This document shows positions 9,501-17,317 of a DNA stretch of 29,414 nucleotides, in pieces. The position numbers were made by a program, and so were the translations under genes. The stretch comes from a virus (taxonomy: Duplodnaviria; Caudoviricetes). The stretch covers positions 1 through 29,414 of the IMG/VR virus record IMGVR_UViG_3300030376_000069; one strand, given 5' to 3'. Under the pieces are notes generated by a model. The model had not been told where the DNA came from and ran no database searches. It was given only the letters and a program-made list of their open reading frames with translations. How positions within the stretch are numbered: position 1 is the stretch's first letter; every line of letters begins with the position of its first letter.

Positions 9501-10139
9501 TCTACTGAACCTACAGTCGCATCTCCTGACATAATAACTCAGGCAATAGGTAAAACTGTAGATGAGGTTATTATGACTCCTAACCCTCTTAATAAACCTC
9601 TGTGGATGTCTGATCCTCACTGGTCTTTTGCCGCATTACTTAAAGGATTTATGATAACATTTGGTAATACTGTTGGTATGCGTTTCTACAAAGAAATTGT
9701 ACAACCAATATTTACTAAAGGTAGATTGCCTGATATAGGTGACGCAGCTAAATGGGCAATGACATGGACTCTTCTTACCGGAGCTATACTTGCAACAATG
9801 ACATTGAAGAATGGAATTAGATATGGTGAAGAAGAAAGTCCGTATGATGATTTAGATATTTATGAAAAGATACTTCAGGCATTACTTCAAAGTAATATTC
9901 TTGGATATGGTAATGTATTTATAGATGCATTAAGGGCAGAAAAGTATGGTCGTGATCCCTTTACATCATTAGGCGGTCCTCTTGTTTCTAAGGCAGCAGA
10001 TTTAGTTACAGCCGTTGGAAGCGGAAGTCCTAAAAGAATAGCAACAGCTATAGGAAATACTACTCCTATTGGAGCATTGCCTAAAGTAGCAAGACCTGAT
10101 ATTGGTCTTGAAGACCTAATAGAAGACCTTACTGACTAA
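6513..10139 (+). CDS. large internal virion / ejection protein (1208 aa)
   Basis: Largest ORF, at the end of the structural module. Gly/Ala-rich hydrophobic segments, EGVTEGTQ motif, and a helical C-terminal region, as in podophage ejectosome proteins. Confidence 0.7.
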   Translation: MVDNSILNAAAEELSSLPVEYSGLSDRLLNLDDVAKELSSLDVSPVSQEDNSLDELKNITLNKDDYKKFGFDVNSTSHKWDLATDDAGKEFYSTLAMIAETVGADETAKDFRNTSEEFRKTREAKPNPDISMSITEESSKIYDRFSKGEILGAIGDTAEFVHSALVGAAPSLIATGAAVGGGVVAAPVLTAVGVPTMLTVSVLGLTPGLLLSAGSIHDEAIKYGASKEEAQAVGLGAGTAIGLLDRVGFGFLISGLTKKLGKDLTVKTIKDQTNLPEKTIKEAVETAEDIAKKGVVKEAVKGAGKGALGEGVTEGTQAVVQDISPALVSDKEIKGAELLKNVIDSAAVGGIAGGTLRGTLSGASVGVSRQANRQIQEDEEVIDKLVEAIPENVQSLERFDPNKPFILNEDGTPTNTIPRSKTQGLSETERKILDEREAIESRDKIIDLPRTALTAGREVETVYDFDNDIEVLSREREQLVRKQKQQGDKFSKDDKKRLDEVTVSLRNRKGGTSNNLLLNLVARSTAPLQRLANTSPVAKRMVQDLTNFFVESNQEIGSLYKTKELINDRIRKNFKLPFQSSIPKKIKTEVANQLNYRDYNSTNPEVVEVARQIREEILDPLYVRLQASGVDIGRVDEYLTRIFKLRPKGLGRKKDINKFVEILNRNGLNGNSIMDNILENDGVYNPEGDINIFVPNTTNTSVSSTRIDPENPRKLPDEVIKELQDAKLLETDFDKIVNKYIVSAVRRAKLKKYADTYNPIINQLVKDRVMEVDEALRIKNIVDALQHRYKPIKSRGLRTFLRFANTGTYIATLPFAAITALSEPFIVLSRVSPKNALMGAMAAAESTLRQGVRTFSPKFKRSQNEEALMSLMQTADLALADAIRDIGDISVSKRATDTFFRVNLLAQVTQFSRNVALQAASRQIAQDLKTLHNQEVEGGKVTQESRRARKRLEIGGLLSVVPRVNKKTGEFNPLTPSQREAMEWADQYSGAKKYGVSTEPTVASPDIITQAIGKTVDEVIMTPNPLNKPLWMSDPHWSFAALLKGFMITFGNTVGMRFYKEIVQPIFTKGRLPDIGDAAKWAMTWTLLTGAILATMTLKNGIRYGEEESPYDDLDIYEKILQALLQSNILGYGNVFIDALRAEKYGRDPFTSLGGPLVSKAADLVTAVGSGSPKRIATAIGNTTPIGALPKVARPDIGLEDLIEDLTD

Positions 10140-10154
10140 AAGAAAGGACGAACA

Positions 10155-10538
10155 GTGACTAACTGGGAACATTTTACTGAAGATGAGATGCGTTGTAAGG
10201 GTACTGGAGAGTGCCACATGGACGAAGAGTTTATGGAAAGGCTCATTCGTTTAAGAAAAGACTACGACAATCCAATGATCATATCTTCAGGCTACAGGGA
10301 CATAGCATATAATACTACAATAGGCGGCTCTCCTAACTCTGCACATATCTATGGCAGGGCTGTTGATATTGTAGTTGGTGGTCACGATGCTTTTAAACTA
10401 CTACGTCTTGCTATCATACATGAGTTTAAAGGTATAGGTGTGTCTCAACGTGGCATGTATGAACGCCGCTTCTTGCACCTTGATACAATGGAAGATGGGG
10501 ATCATCATCCTCGTCCGTGGATATGGAGCTATAAATAA
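10155..10538 (+). CDS. peptidase M15 family Zn-dependent endolysin
   Basis: HFTEDEMRCK, ISSGYR, SAHIYGRAVD (SxHxxGxAxD), GIGV and FLHLD motifs. GTG start after AAAGGA. Confidence 0.9.
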   Translation: MTNWEHFTEDEMRCKGTGECHMDEEFMERLIRLRKDYDNPMIISSGYRDIAYNTTIGGSPNSAHIYGRAVDIVVGGHDAFKLLRLAIIHEFKGIGVSQRGMYERRFLHLDTMEDGDHHPRPWIWSYK

Positions 10539-10565
10539 AACTAACATTATTGAGGAGGCTAAACT

Positions 10566-10856
10566 ATGGAATGGGCAATAATGACATTCGGTGGAAAGCT
10601 ATGCTGTATCTTCGCTTCAGGATGTGGCGGTGTAGCAAATGTATTAACACAAAAGAAGTGGAACTTAGGTGCTGCTAAAGATATTTTAGTTGCAGTTCTT
10701 GTGGGTTGGATTGCAGCAGAATTTCTAATTCCGGCAGCTATGGGATACTTTAAGTTTAATCATCAGGTTGCAATTGGTTTAGCATTCATTGTTGGGTATT
10801 GTGGTATACGTCTTCTTCCTAAACTTGAAGAAGCACTAATGAATAGAATTAAGTAA
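10566..10856 (+). CDS. putative holin (2-3 TM)
   Basis: Strong RBS GAGGAGG, hydrophobic segments, LAFIVGYCG motif and basic C-terminus. Adjacent to the endolysin. Confidence 0.65.
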   Translation: MEWAIMTFGGKLCCIFASGCGGVANVLTQKKWNLGAAKDILVAVLVGWIAAEFLIPAAMGYFKFNHQVAIGLAFIVGYCGIRLLPKLEEALMNRIK

Positions 10857-10933
10857 TGCCGGGACGTGTGTGGCTGGCATACTTTGCAGCAGTGATATTA
10901 ACAGCTATAATTTTTGGTCCTGCTAACGTATAA
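10856..10933 (+). CDS. 25-aa single-TM micropeptide MPGRVWLAYFAAVILTAIIFGPANV
   Basis: ATG overlaps the holin stop (TAATG). The ORF fills the gap up to the next RBS and is one clean hydrophobic helix. Confidence 0.5.
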   Translation: MPGRVWLAYFAAVILTAIIFGPANV

Positions 10934-10946
10934 CAGGGAGGTTAGT

Positions 10947-11309
10947 ATGGAAGGTGGAATCGACATACGTTTGGTCGTAACTATTGCTGGTATCTTATTC
11001 AGTGTAGCAGGAGCCAGTGCTGTAGCTAAGATGCAGATTAGACAGCTAGTAGAAAAACTAGATGATGTTGAGCAACGACTGCGTAAGATGGATGCTCGTA
11101 GTGATAAGCTAATCACTGCAACTGAAACTCAAGAGCAAAGAATAAATATTTTAGCTAAGATGGCAAGTCCTGAAAATCTTAGGCGAGATCATATGCAACT
11201 GGCAGAGATTGTTACGCATGTGGGAAGACTACAAAAAGATTGTGATAGGCTATATGCCATGCACAATGGATCACATCCTCCCGTAGCAAGTGAAAGGATA
11301 GCAAAATGA
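10947..11309 (+). CDS. membrane-anchored coiled-coil protein (lysis accessory; i-spanin/XhlA-like topology)
   Basis: GGGAGG RBS before ATG 10947, which is a better start than the track's 10914. One N-terminal TM followed by heptad coiled coil. Confidence 0.65.
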   Translation: MEGGIDIRLVVTIAGILFSVAGASAVAKMQIRQLVEKLDDVEQRLRKMDARSDKLITATETQEQRINILAKMASPENLRRDHMQLAEIVTHVGRLQKDCDRLYAMHNGSHPPVASERIAK

Positions 11310-11536
11310 GTAAAGATAATATTCCCGATAAAGAAACATATCAAGTTAACAGACGTAGAATGTGTTGGGTTGTTCTTGTAATGATGGCCGCTATGACTGT
11401 GGCGATCATTGGATGGCCTGAAAGATATGAGAATGCCAACGTAATGGAGATGGCATATCTAGCATTATCCGGTCTTGTTGCTGCATACTTTGGTGCAACT
11501 GCATTTCAGGCTACTAAAAAGAAGGTAAAAAAGTAA
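11306..11536 (+). CDS. small 2-TM membrane protein (holin-like)
   Basis: ATGA overlap with the previous gene. NRRRM followed by TM1, then TM2 LALSGLVAAYFGA, and a Lys-rich C-terminus. Confidence 0.7.
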   Translation: MSKDNIPDKETYQVNRRRMCWVVLVMMAAMTVAIIGWPERYENANVMEMAYLALSGLVAAYFGATAFQATKKKVKK

Positions 11537-11601
11537 AACCTTCTATATCGAGCTAGGAGCGTCATACAGAAGAATCAGTACCTCTGGGCTATATGCCTAC
11601 C

Positions 11602-11650
11602 AGAAGGGCTAGAGAAGGCTACTCAGTGGCTCTCCTAGCCCTTCTTTTTT
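11602..11650 (+). terminator. intrinsic terminator at the convergence of the two genome arms
   Basis: 11-bp perfect inverted repeat AGAAGGGCTAG (11602-11612) / CTAGCCCTTCT (11635-11645) with an imperfect inner stem, followed by a T-run on +. Confidence 0.75.
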
Positions 11651-12140
11651 ACTCTACCAGTACGGAATTTGTCTCTTCACTGCCTTCAGACGGTTCTTCT
11701 GCATAATCGCTATCATTTTCTTCAAACAACGCATCAGCGAAGTCACACTTAGATAGAAGCTGTACAACTTTCTCTTCTCCTAATACATTTAAACATCCAA
11801 CAATAGCAGTCTCCAGAGTATCCTTATCCATAGAAGAGCTACTATCACTATTAGAACCACGAATACGTGACAATAGTTCAAGTGCTTTGATGGCGCTGTT
11901 GGTATGTCCATTTGCTTTGGCAAAGGTGTACTGACTTTCTATTTCTTCTATAACATTAACATCTGTTTCAAGCTCTTGTTCAAGCTCATGTACACGATCT
12001 ATAACTTCCTGCATCTGCATAAGACGGTAGCCTTGGTTGTTTGCTGATGCAGCAGAGTAACCAGCAGACTTTGCAGCCTCAGTTGCATTACGGTGCAGAA
12101 CGTAAGCCTCTGCAAACTTCTCCTGTTTTTCATTTAACAT
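11649..12140 (-). CDS. terS: terminase small subunit (HTH type)
   Basis: LNEKQEKFAEAY...NATEAAKSAGYS..SA..QGYRL is the classic TerS N-terminal HTH. Also AIKALELL oligomerisation helix and an acidic tail. Confidence 0.8.
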   Translation of the reverse strand: MLNEKQEKFAEAYVLHRNATEAAKSAGYSAASANNQGYRLMQMQEVIDRVHELEQELETDVNVIEEIESQYTFAKANGHTNSAIKALELLSRIRGSNSDSSSSMDKDTLETAIVGCLNVLGEEKVVQLLSKCDFADALFEENDSDYAEEPSEGSEETNSVLVE

Positions 12141-12390
12141 AATAAGTTACCAATCCATTTGTTAGTATGGCAAGGGACACAACATTGATAACAATCAAGG
12201 CTCTATCGTTCCAGATCATTCCCACAATAAACCATCCAGTGAGTCCGACAATATCAAAGTATAAGTTTAGAGGGTAAATATTATTAGAAGTAAGTATAAT
12301 ACCAACAATAAGAACTAAGGATGCACCCCACTTAATATACCAATCTTTTGTTTTGTGTGGTGTCATCTTCTTCAAACTGTATTCAGGCAT
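12130..12390 (-). CDS. small 3-TM membrane protein (DUF6552-like)
   Basis: DWYIKW...IYPLNL...GW..VG..WNDRALIVIN pattern. Confidence 0.7.
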   Translation of the reverse strand: MPEYSLKKMTPHKTKDWYIKWGASLVLIVGIILTSNNIYPLNLYFDIVGLTGWFIVGMIWNDRALIVINVVSLAILTNGLVTYYVK

Positions 12391-12794
12391 TATTTCATAT
12401 TACTTCTGGCAACGCCCTTCCACTTCTCTGCTGTACGCATACCGCCAAGCCCAAGAAGTGCCATGATCAGACTGATCAATTCATTAGTCTCCAGTACAGG
12501 AAGCGTTACCATAGGATACCAAGTAATAATAATCCAAGATAGAATAGGTGCAAGAATAAACTGCCATGCTAGAGCAAAGCAACATACCCACATGATAGCT
12601 GGCCTAGCTCCACTGACAAAGATAGAGGGATGTTTTGCCTGTTCTATATTCGCCTGTGCTTGAGCAAGATCAAGTGATACCATCTGTGTCTGAAGCTCAT
12701 GCTCCAGCTTCTTCTTCAGGTCTTTGTCCTCTACAAACTTGTCAAGAACTTTGCCAGCTACACCAATAACTGAATCTGCAATACCTAATACCAT
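12390..12794 (-). CDS. 3TM-type holin (GTA_holin_3TM-like)
   Basis: VLDKFVEDKD, AKHPSIFVSGARPAIMW and LLGLGGMRTAEKWKGV motifs. Confidence 0.85.
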   Translation of the reverse strand: MVLGIADSVIGVAGKVLDKFVEDKDLKKKLEHELQTQMVSLDLAQAQANIEQAKHPSIFVSGARPAIMWVCCFALAWQFILAPILSWIIITWYPMVTLPVLETNELISLIMALLGLGGMRTAEKWKGVARSNMK

Positions 12795-12797
12795 GTT

Positions 12798-12971
12798 CTA
12801 TTTCCTTGTACAGAAGGAATATATATTCATTGCCTTCTTTAGTTTAGAAATCTTCTGCAAAGTTGATGCCGCACTCTGGCACGTAACAGATGAATCAAAG
12901 TTCTGATAAGTTACATTGATGTCAGAGCCAGCCTTGGTCCACATCAGTGCTACAACAATTAGTACATACAT
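12798..12971 (-). CDS. 57-aa exported two-Cys protein MYVLIVVALMWTKAGSD...NFDSSVTC...YSFCTRK
   Basis: Below the ORF-track cutoff. ATG overlaps the methyltransferase stop (TAATG) with GGAGG upstream. The ORF fills the gap to the holin. Confidence 0.7.
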   Translation of the reverse strand: MYVLIVVALMWTKAGSDINVTYQNFDSSVTCQSAASTLQKISKLKKAMNIYSFCTRK

Positions 12972-13660
12972 TATTGTTCCTCCTCTTTCTTTAGTTTAAC
13001 TACACGGGGATACTGATCTATCCTGTAGCCTTCAGTGTAAAAAGTTTTAGTATCTTGATTCTCCATTGTATCAGCAAAGAGATAAATTTTTAGATGTTTA
13101 AACTTTCTACTTTTTTCTGCTAACATTTGTATCCAATCATTAGGAGAGAAGACAGAGATATGAGCATTCCTACCATCAGGTAACAGTTTCAATGCTTCAA
13201 AGCAAGCTACGTTTAGAAAGACTATCTTCTTTGCATAGGAAAATATTTCTTCTACTACCCAACCCAAGTCTTCTTCTGCAATATGTTCCAGAACATCAGT
13301 GCATATCACTGCATCCTTTCTGTGTATAGGAAGCTTACTGTGTTTCTCATAGCCGGGATCAAAGAGTTCGCACTCATCTAACTCCCAATACTCAGGAAGA
13401 GGACAGTCAATTTCATTAGTGATCTCTGAGAACTTGTCTGTGTAGAGTACTGCCTTACCACAGCCATAGTCAAGCACAGACTTACAGTTATTGTTTTTCA
13501 GGTATAGTTTTATAAGGTCCACAAACTTTAGAAGGCTGCGTCCATTGAACATACCCTCTCCCTGATCGTGTTTCTCCTCATACATCTTAACAAGATTACC
13601 ATAATCATCTGATGGATTATGTCTACTGTTAGTATTGTCTATATTAATATCAGACATCAT
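12971..13660 (-). CDS. class I SAM-dependent methyltransferase (small-molecule/sugar type)
   Basis: Motif I VLDYGCGKA, FDPG, DAVICTDVLEHI and NAH motifs. No DPPY/NPPY or PC motif of DNA methyltransferases. Confidence 0.85.
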   Translation of the reverse strand: MMSDINIDNTNSRHNPSDDYGNLVKMYEEKHDQGEGMFNGRSLLKFVDLIKLYLKNNNCKSVLDYGCGKAVLYTDKFSEITNEIDCPLPEYWELDECELFDPGYEKHSKLPIHRKDAVICTDVLEHIAEEDLGWVVEEIFSYAKKIVFLNVACFEALKLLPDGRNAHISVFSPNDWIQMLAEKSRKFKHLKIYLFADTMENQDTKTFYTEGYRIDQYPRVVKLKKEEEQ

Positions 13661-16004
13661 AGTATCCTTTAAACTGTGGGCGAACTTCCTGTTCTTCTTT
13701 AATCTTCCATAAGTCAGCTACCATTGTATTCTCTCCATGAAAAGACAGAACACCCTCAAGGCCGGGATCGTTAAAGACTTTCTCACAATCCTGTGCCATA
13801 GCTAGTAGCTCACCTGTAGTCCAGTAGGACTTGTCCTTGACATTAACCTGTATATACTTAGGCTTGGGAGTTTCACCACCCTCAAGATCACCTGTGGTTT
13901 CTGTCTTCTCCTCATCGGTAGGCTCATCTCTGCAACAGTCAAAGCCAAACAGATGTATATCTCTGAAGCCCATTGTGTGTAGCATGCCAATACCACGCAT
14001 GGCAGCGCATGTACCTCCTGTGATAAGAGTAGCGCCCTGTGGTATGCCAAGCTCCTCACTTAACTTAACCTGTTGTTTCTCAATAACTTTCCCTTGCTCC
14101 TCCTCTTCACGAAGCGAGTCAGTGAAAGCGTGCCAGCCCCACATATGGGTATCCTTTTCTTTCAGATACTCTGTAACAGAAGGGTCTGTCATGGATGCAA
14201 CAAAGAAGTTAATACTAGGATCAGTCTTTTCAAACAAATCTTTTCGTACAATATTATGTGTACTCTTACCTGTGATTGGTCTGGGATCAAGAACAATACA
14301 GCCCCACGGTATGATGCCGTTCTTCATCAGCCCCGGCAGAGCATGTTTAACTGACAGAACTTTACAGCCGGGATTATCATGTATAAACTTTTCTAACTTT
14401 GCATAGTCTATGTAGGGACCAGCAGAAACAATAACAGCCTTGTCCTTATGTGCAGGATGCTTTGTAACCCACTTGTCTTTATCTATATGTGTAAGATTAG
14501 TTACAATGTTATTGCGTATATACTCTTTTGGTACTGAATCTCTGGGATGAACAACAATAGGAACTTGTTTTAGTTCTGGTGGGATATCAGGAAGAGACTC
14601 ATCCGTTAGAAATACTACAAGGTGTGTACGACCACCACCCAGAACCTTATCATCAGAGGGGAGTACATACTTTCTTACATTAGATTTCTCATCAAAGGTA
14701 GTCCAGCCGTCATCCGTAGTTTTTTCTTCGTGTAGCTTTTTAGTAGGGACAGAATCAAAGAGTACTTTCATTCCCTGATACTCATCATCAGGTGTCTTCT
14801 CATTGTCTTCCTTAGTAAAGAAGTGATCACCCATAACAACAGGGATAGTTTTAAGTACATCAAACTCATGCTTTACAGTTTTAATACTGTTACCACTTCC
14901 CATCAAAGCAAAGTCTACCTCATCCATATAGACAGGCTTTAGAGTATCTCTGACATTACCTTTGTATAACTCATAGGTAAACTCTTTACTCTTCTCTTTC
15001 TTCATATGTTCGGCAAACTCGTCAAACCTTTTCTCAACAGCCTTCTTGGTATTGTGTGGCTTGGCGTTGAACTCTTCTTTATCGGTAGCTGTAGTAGCAT
15101 CTTCAAACAGATCATAACCAATGTAATGAACGGCGTCTGAGTTGTCAAAAGCAGCAAGAGCCATCTCAAGCGCACGACCCCCATTCCATGTCCCCGTCTC
15201 TAATATAGTCTTTGGTTTATAGAAACGAATGGTATCAGCAAGCTGCTTGTACCTACCGGGAAGAATGTCAGGAGTTGTTTCATTATCTGATAGCTCAACA
15301 ATCCTTTGACCATCGCTGTTACGAACATTGACAGAACTCTTATGGTTAATGTTTATTATAAGATTTTCCATACCAACAAACTCATGCACAGTCATGCCAT
15401 GTGCTGTATAGATAGTGACAAGCCTACTAAGAATAAAAGCAGGGGTCCACTCACGATAATTGATATACTCTCCTGACATATAAGAGCCACGCCAATCACC
15501 CATAATATCTACAGCAGTCTGCCGTCCAAGATTAAATGCCATGAGGTAAGATGTTTCAGGTGTGTAAATAAAATCAATGTTATAGGCAGGATCAGGAAAA
15601 TAATAATCAAGAGTGCTTGTTCGTATGTCTTTAACTGTGAGGCACATAGGATCAACCCAGAGTAGCCAGCATCCCTTGTTCTCAAAGCCACACTCAGTGA
15701 TAGCAAATACTTCTGGTGCTGCTGACAGCCCATCAAGAAGCTCAGTATACTGTACTGCACCCTCTTCAGTACCGTCATGCTTCTGGTTTTCTTCTACAAA
15801 TGTAGAGTACTCCGGTATGTTCTCAAGATTATGATATTTAATATTATCTGCTTGAGGCAGGGAATAGTTACTGATGTCTACATTATAATAGTAGCAGTGA
15901 AACTCAATGTCTGGTTGCCAGTTTTCTTTAAACTCATTAAGAAGTTTGAAGGCGTTTTTCTTTAACTTCTTTTCGTCAAAGCATGTAACAATTTTATATG
16001 TCAT
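13650..16004 (-). CDS. multidomain glycan-modification protein: GT-A-like domain + class I methyltransferase-like domain + Maf/DUF115 (MptE-like) domain
   Basis: N: YKIVTCF...VFAI...LLWVD...YREW. Middle: ILETGTWNGGRA...YIGYDLFE...KGNVRDTL. C: AVIVSAGP...GIIPWGCIVLDPR...GGTCAAMRGIGMLHTMGFRDIHLFGFDC. Confidence 0.75.
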   Translation of the reverse strand: MTYKIVTCFDEKKLKKNAFKLLNEFKENWQPDIEFHCYYYNVDISNYSLPQADNIKYHNLENIPEYSTFVEENQKHDGTEEGAVQYTELLDGLSAAPEVFAITECGFENKGCWLLWVDPMCLTVKDIRTSTLDYYFPDPAYNIDFIYTPETSYLMAFNLGRQTAVDIMGDWRGSYMSGEYINYREWTPAFILSRLVTIYTAHGMTVHEFVGMENLIININHKSSVNVRNSDGQRIVELSDNETTPDILPGRYKQLADTIRFYKPKTILETGTWNGGRALEMALAAFDNSDAVHYIGYDLFEDATTATDKEEFNAKPHNTKKAVEKRFDEFAEHMKKEKSKEFTYELYKGNVRDTLKPVYMDEVDFALMGSGNSIKTVKHEFDVLKTIPVVMGDHFFTKEDNEKTPDDEYQGMKVLFDSVPTKKLHEEKTTDDGWTTFDEKSNVRKYVLPSDDKVLGGGRTHLVVFLTDESLPDIPPELKQVPIVVHPRDSVPKEYIRNNIVTNLTHIDKDKWVTKHPAHKDKAVIVSAGPYIDYAKLEKFIHDNPGCKVLSVKHALPGLMKNGIIPWGCIVLDPRPITGKSTHNIVRKDLFEKTDPSINFFVASMTDPSVTEYLKEKDTHMWGWHAFTDSLREEEEQGKVIEKQQVKLSEELGIPQGATLITGGTCAAMRGIGMLHTMGFRDIHLFGFDCCRDEPTDEEKTETTGDLEGGETPKPKYIQVNVKDKSYWTTGELLAMAQDCEKVFNDPGLEGVLSFHGENTMVADLWKIKEEQEVRPQFKGYYDV

Positions 16005-16764
16005 AGGGTTCGATTATTCCTTTTCCTGCAAGGTAAGTATAGTCTCCGTTCCATTCAGCAGCATATCTACCATCAATAGCTCTACCGCATTTCCATTCTT
16101 TAAACCACGGCCCACCTGTTGTGAAGTGTACGTTCTTGGCTTCTATCTCTTCTGAGGAATGACCATCAAGCCAATTCCATTCCTGATGAATAGTTCCAAT
16201 GTCAGCTTCTTTATCAGGCAACCATTCAAAGCCGTGTAGCCACCCACCTGTTTGCGTATTAACTTCTAATGGAGTTAATTTTTTATTAAGTGCGTGTCCA
16301 CAGTTCCAAAGAATAAGACTTGACCAGTTCTTCCTGCGATAGTGTTCCTGCCTCTGGCCGTCCATCTTGAACTCTTCGGTAGGTTCATACTGATGCTTAA
16401 CACAGTACAGTGGGTAGTAGTCCATGTTATATTCTTCAAACAACTCATTGATGTCAGTGCGAAGATACATGTCACAGTCCATGTACAATGCCCAACCCTG
16501 ATACATGTTCAGGGCAGGTACAAGAAAACGTGTGAAGCTGAAATCCGTAGAGAATGGCTTACCATCTAGGTCATCTATCATCTGTCCATCTTTAACAGTA
16601 TGCTTACGGTTAAACAAGCCCATACGCTCTACAATATCTTTGCGAATAGGTTTGACATCCACATTCTCAACTGCAATACGTTCAATGGTAAACTTTAAAA
16701 CTTCATAGGCCACATCTTCTCTTGGATCATAGCCTATGTAGACTGTGTTAGGTGCTTTTCTCAT
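15994..16764 (-). CDS. GT-A fold glycosyltransferase (GT8-like / CDI-like)
   Basis: VYIGYDPRE, STDFSFTRFLVP, intact DxD (YMDCDM), RKNWSS, EWNWL and HFTTGGPWF motifs. AGGAGA precedes ATG 16764, a better start than 16797. Confidence 0.88.
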   Translation of the reverse strand: MRKAPNTVYIGYDPREDVAYEVLKFTIERIAVENVDVKPIRKDIVERMGLFNRKHTVKDGQMIDDLDGKPFSTDFSFTRFLVPALNMYQGWALYMDCDMYLRTDINELFEEYNMDYYPLYCVKHQYEPTEEFKMDGQRQEHYRRKNWSSLILWNCGHALNKKLTPLEVNTQTGGWLHGFEWLPDKEADIGTIHQEWNWLDGHSSEEIEAKNVHFTTGGPWFKEWKCGRAIDGRYAAEWNGDYTYLAGKGIIEPYDI

Positions 16765-16782
16765 TATATCTCCTATGTAATT

Positions 16783-16811
16783 AGGGGGAGCAAACACTAC
16801 GCACTCCCCCT
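16783..16811 (-). terminator. GC-rich hairpin after hsp20 (weak terminator/processing or stabilising stem)
   Basis: AGGGGGAG / CTCCCCCT 8-bp stem with a 13-nt loop and no strong U-tract. Confidence 0.5.
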
Positions 16812-16818
16812 TAGTTGG

Positions 16819-17259
16819 TTACAAGTTATAGATTTTTTCTTTCTTGTCTTCAGGTATTACCTGTTGAAGATCGATGGTAATCATACCGTCTCTGAAAGAC
16901 ACATCATCTACAACTACGTCACTGGCAAGGTGGAAAGACTTTGAGAAAGGTCGCTTCGCTATGCCCTTCTGTGCGAACTTCTCATCGTCTTCTTCTTCTT
17001 TCTTTCTGCCAGATATGGTTAGTGTACCGTCTTCAGTTTTAATTTCCAACTCTTCTTTACTGAAGCCAGCAGCAGCTAACTCAACTACATATTTACCATT
17101 ACCATTCTTTATTAGATTGTGCGGTGGATAAGAACTAGCTGTACGGTTAGGCGTCTTCTCTACCATATTTATCATGTCTCTAAATAATCTATCATGTCCA
17201 ATGGCCCATGTAGAAAACTTAGAAAAGAACGGATCGTTGCTTGAAATATACGCATTCAT
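16819..17259 (-). CDS. hsp20: small heat-shock protein (Hsp20/IbpA family)
   Basis: IGHDRLF, SYPPHNLIK, VELAAAGF, KGIAKRPFSKSF and DGMITIDL...PEDKK alpha-crystallin motifs. Confidence 0.95.
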   Translation of the reverse strand: MNAYISSNDPFFSKFSTWAIGHDRLFRDMINMVEKTPNRTASSYPPHNLIKNGNGKYVVELAAAGFSKEELEIKTEDGTLTISGRKKEEEDDEKFAQKGIAKRPFSKSFHLASDVVVDDVSFRDGMITIDLQQVIPEDKKEKIYNL

Positions 17260-17313
17260 ATCATTTCTCCTTATAGCAAGTTGATATTGTGTGACCCATT
17301 ATTGGCATCACAT
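17257..17313 (-). promoter_or_regulatory. ROSE-like RNA thermometer in the hsp20 5' UTR
   Basis: Minus-strand leader with hairpin 1 UGUGAUGCCA-AUAA-UGGGUCACA and hairpin 2 AUAUCA-A-CUUGCU-AUA-AGGAG-AAA-UGAUAU(G). The UUGCU anti-SD motif with a bulged G pairs with AGGAG, and the outer stem covers the AUG. Confidence 0.75.
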
Positions 17314-17317
17314 ATAT

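Noticed and set aside
12971-13660. DNA methyltransferase / restriction-modification role
   Set aside because: Lacks DPPY/NPPY or PC catalytic motifs. DVLEH-type motif and GT neighbours indicate a small-molecule or sugar methyltransferase.
13831-14406. 191-aa + strand ORF and other long antisense ORFs (24269-24769, 19190-19579, 18668-19129)
   Set aside because: They are shadows of well-supported minus-strand genes, with no RBS or recognisable motifs.
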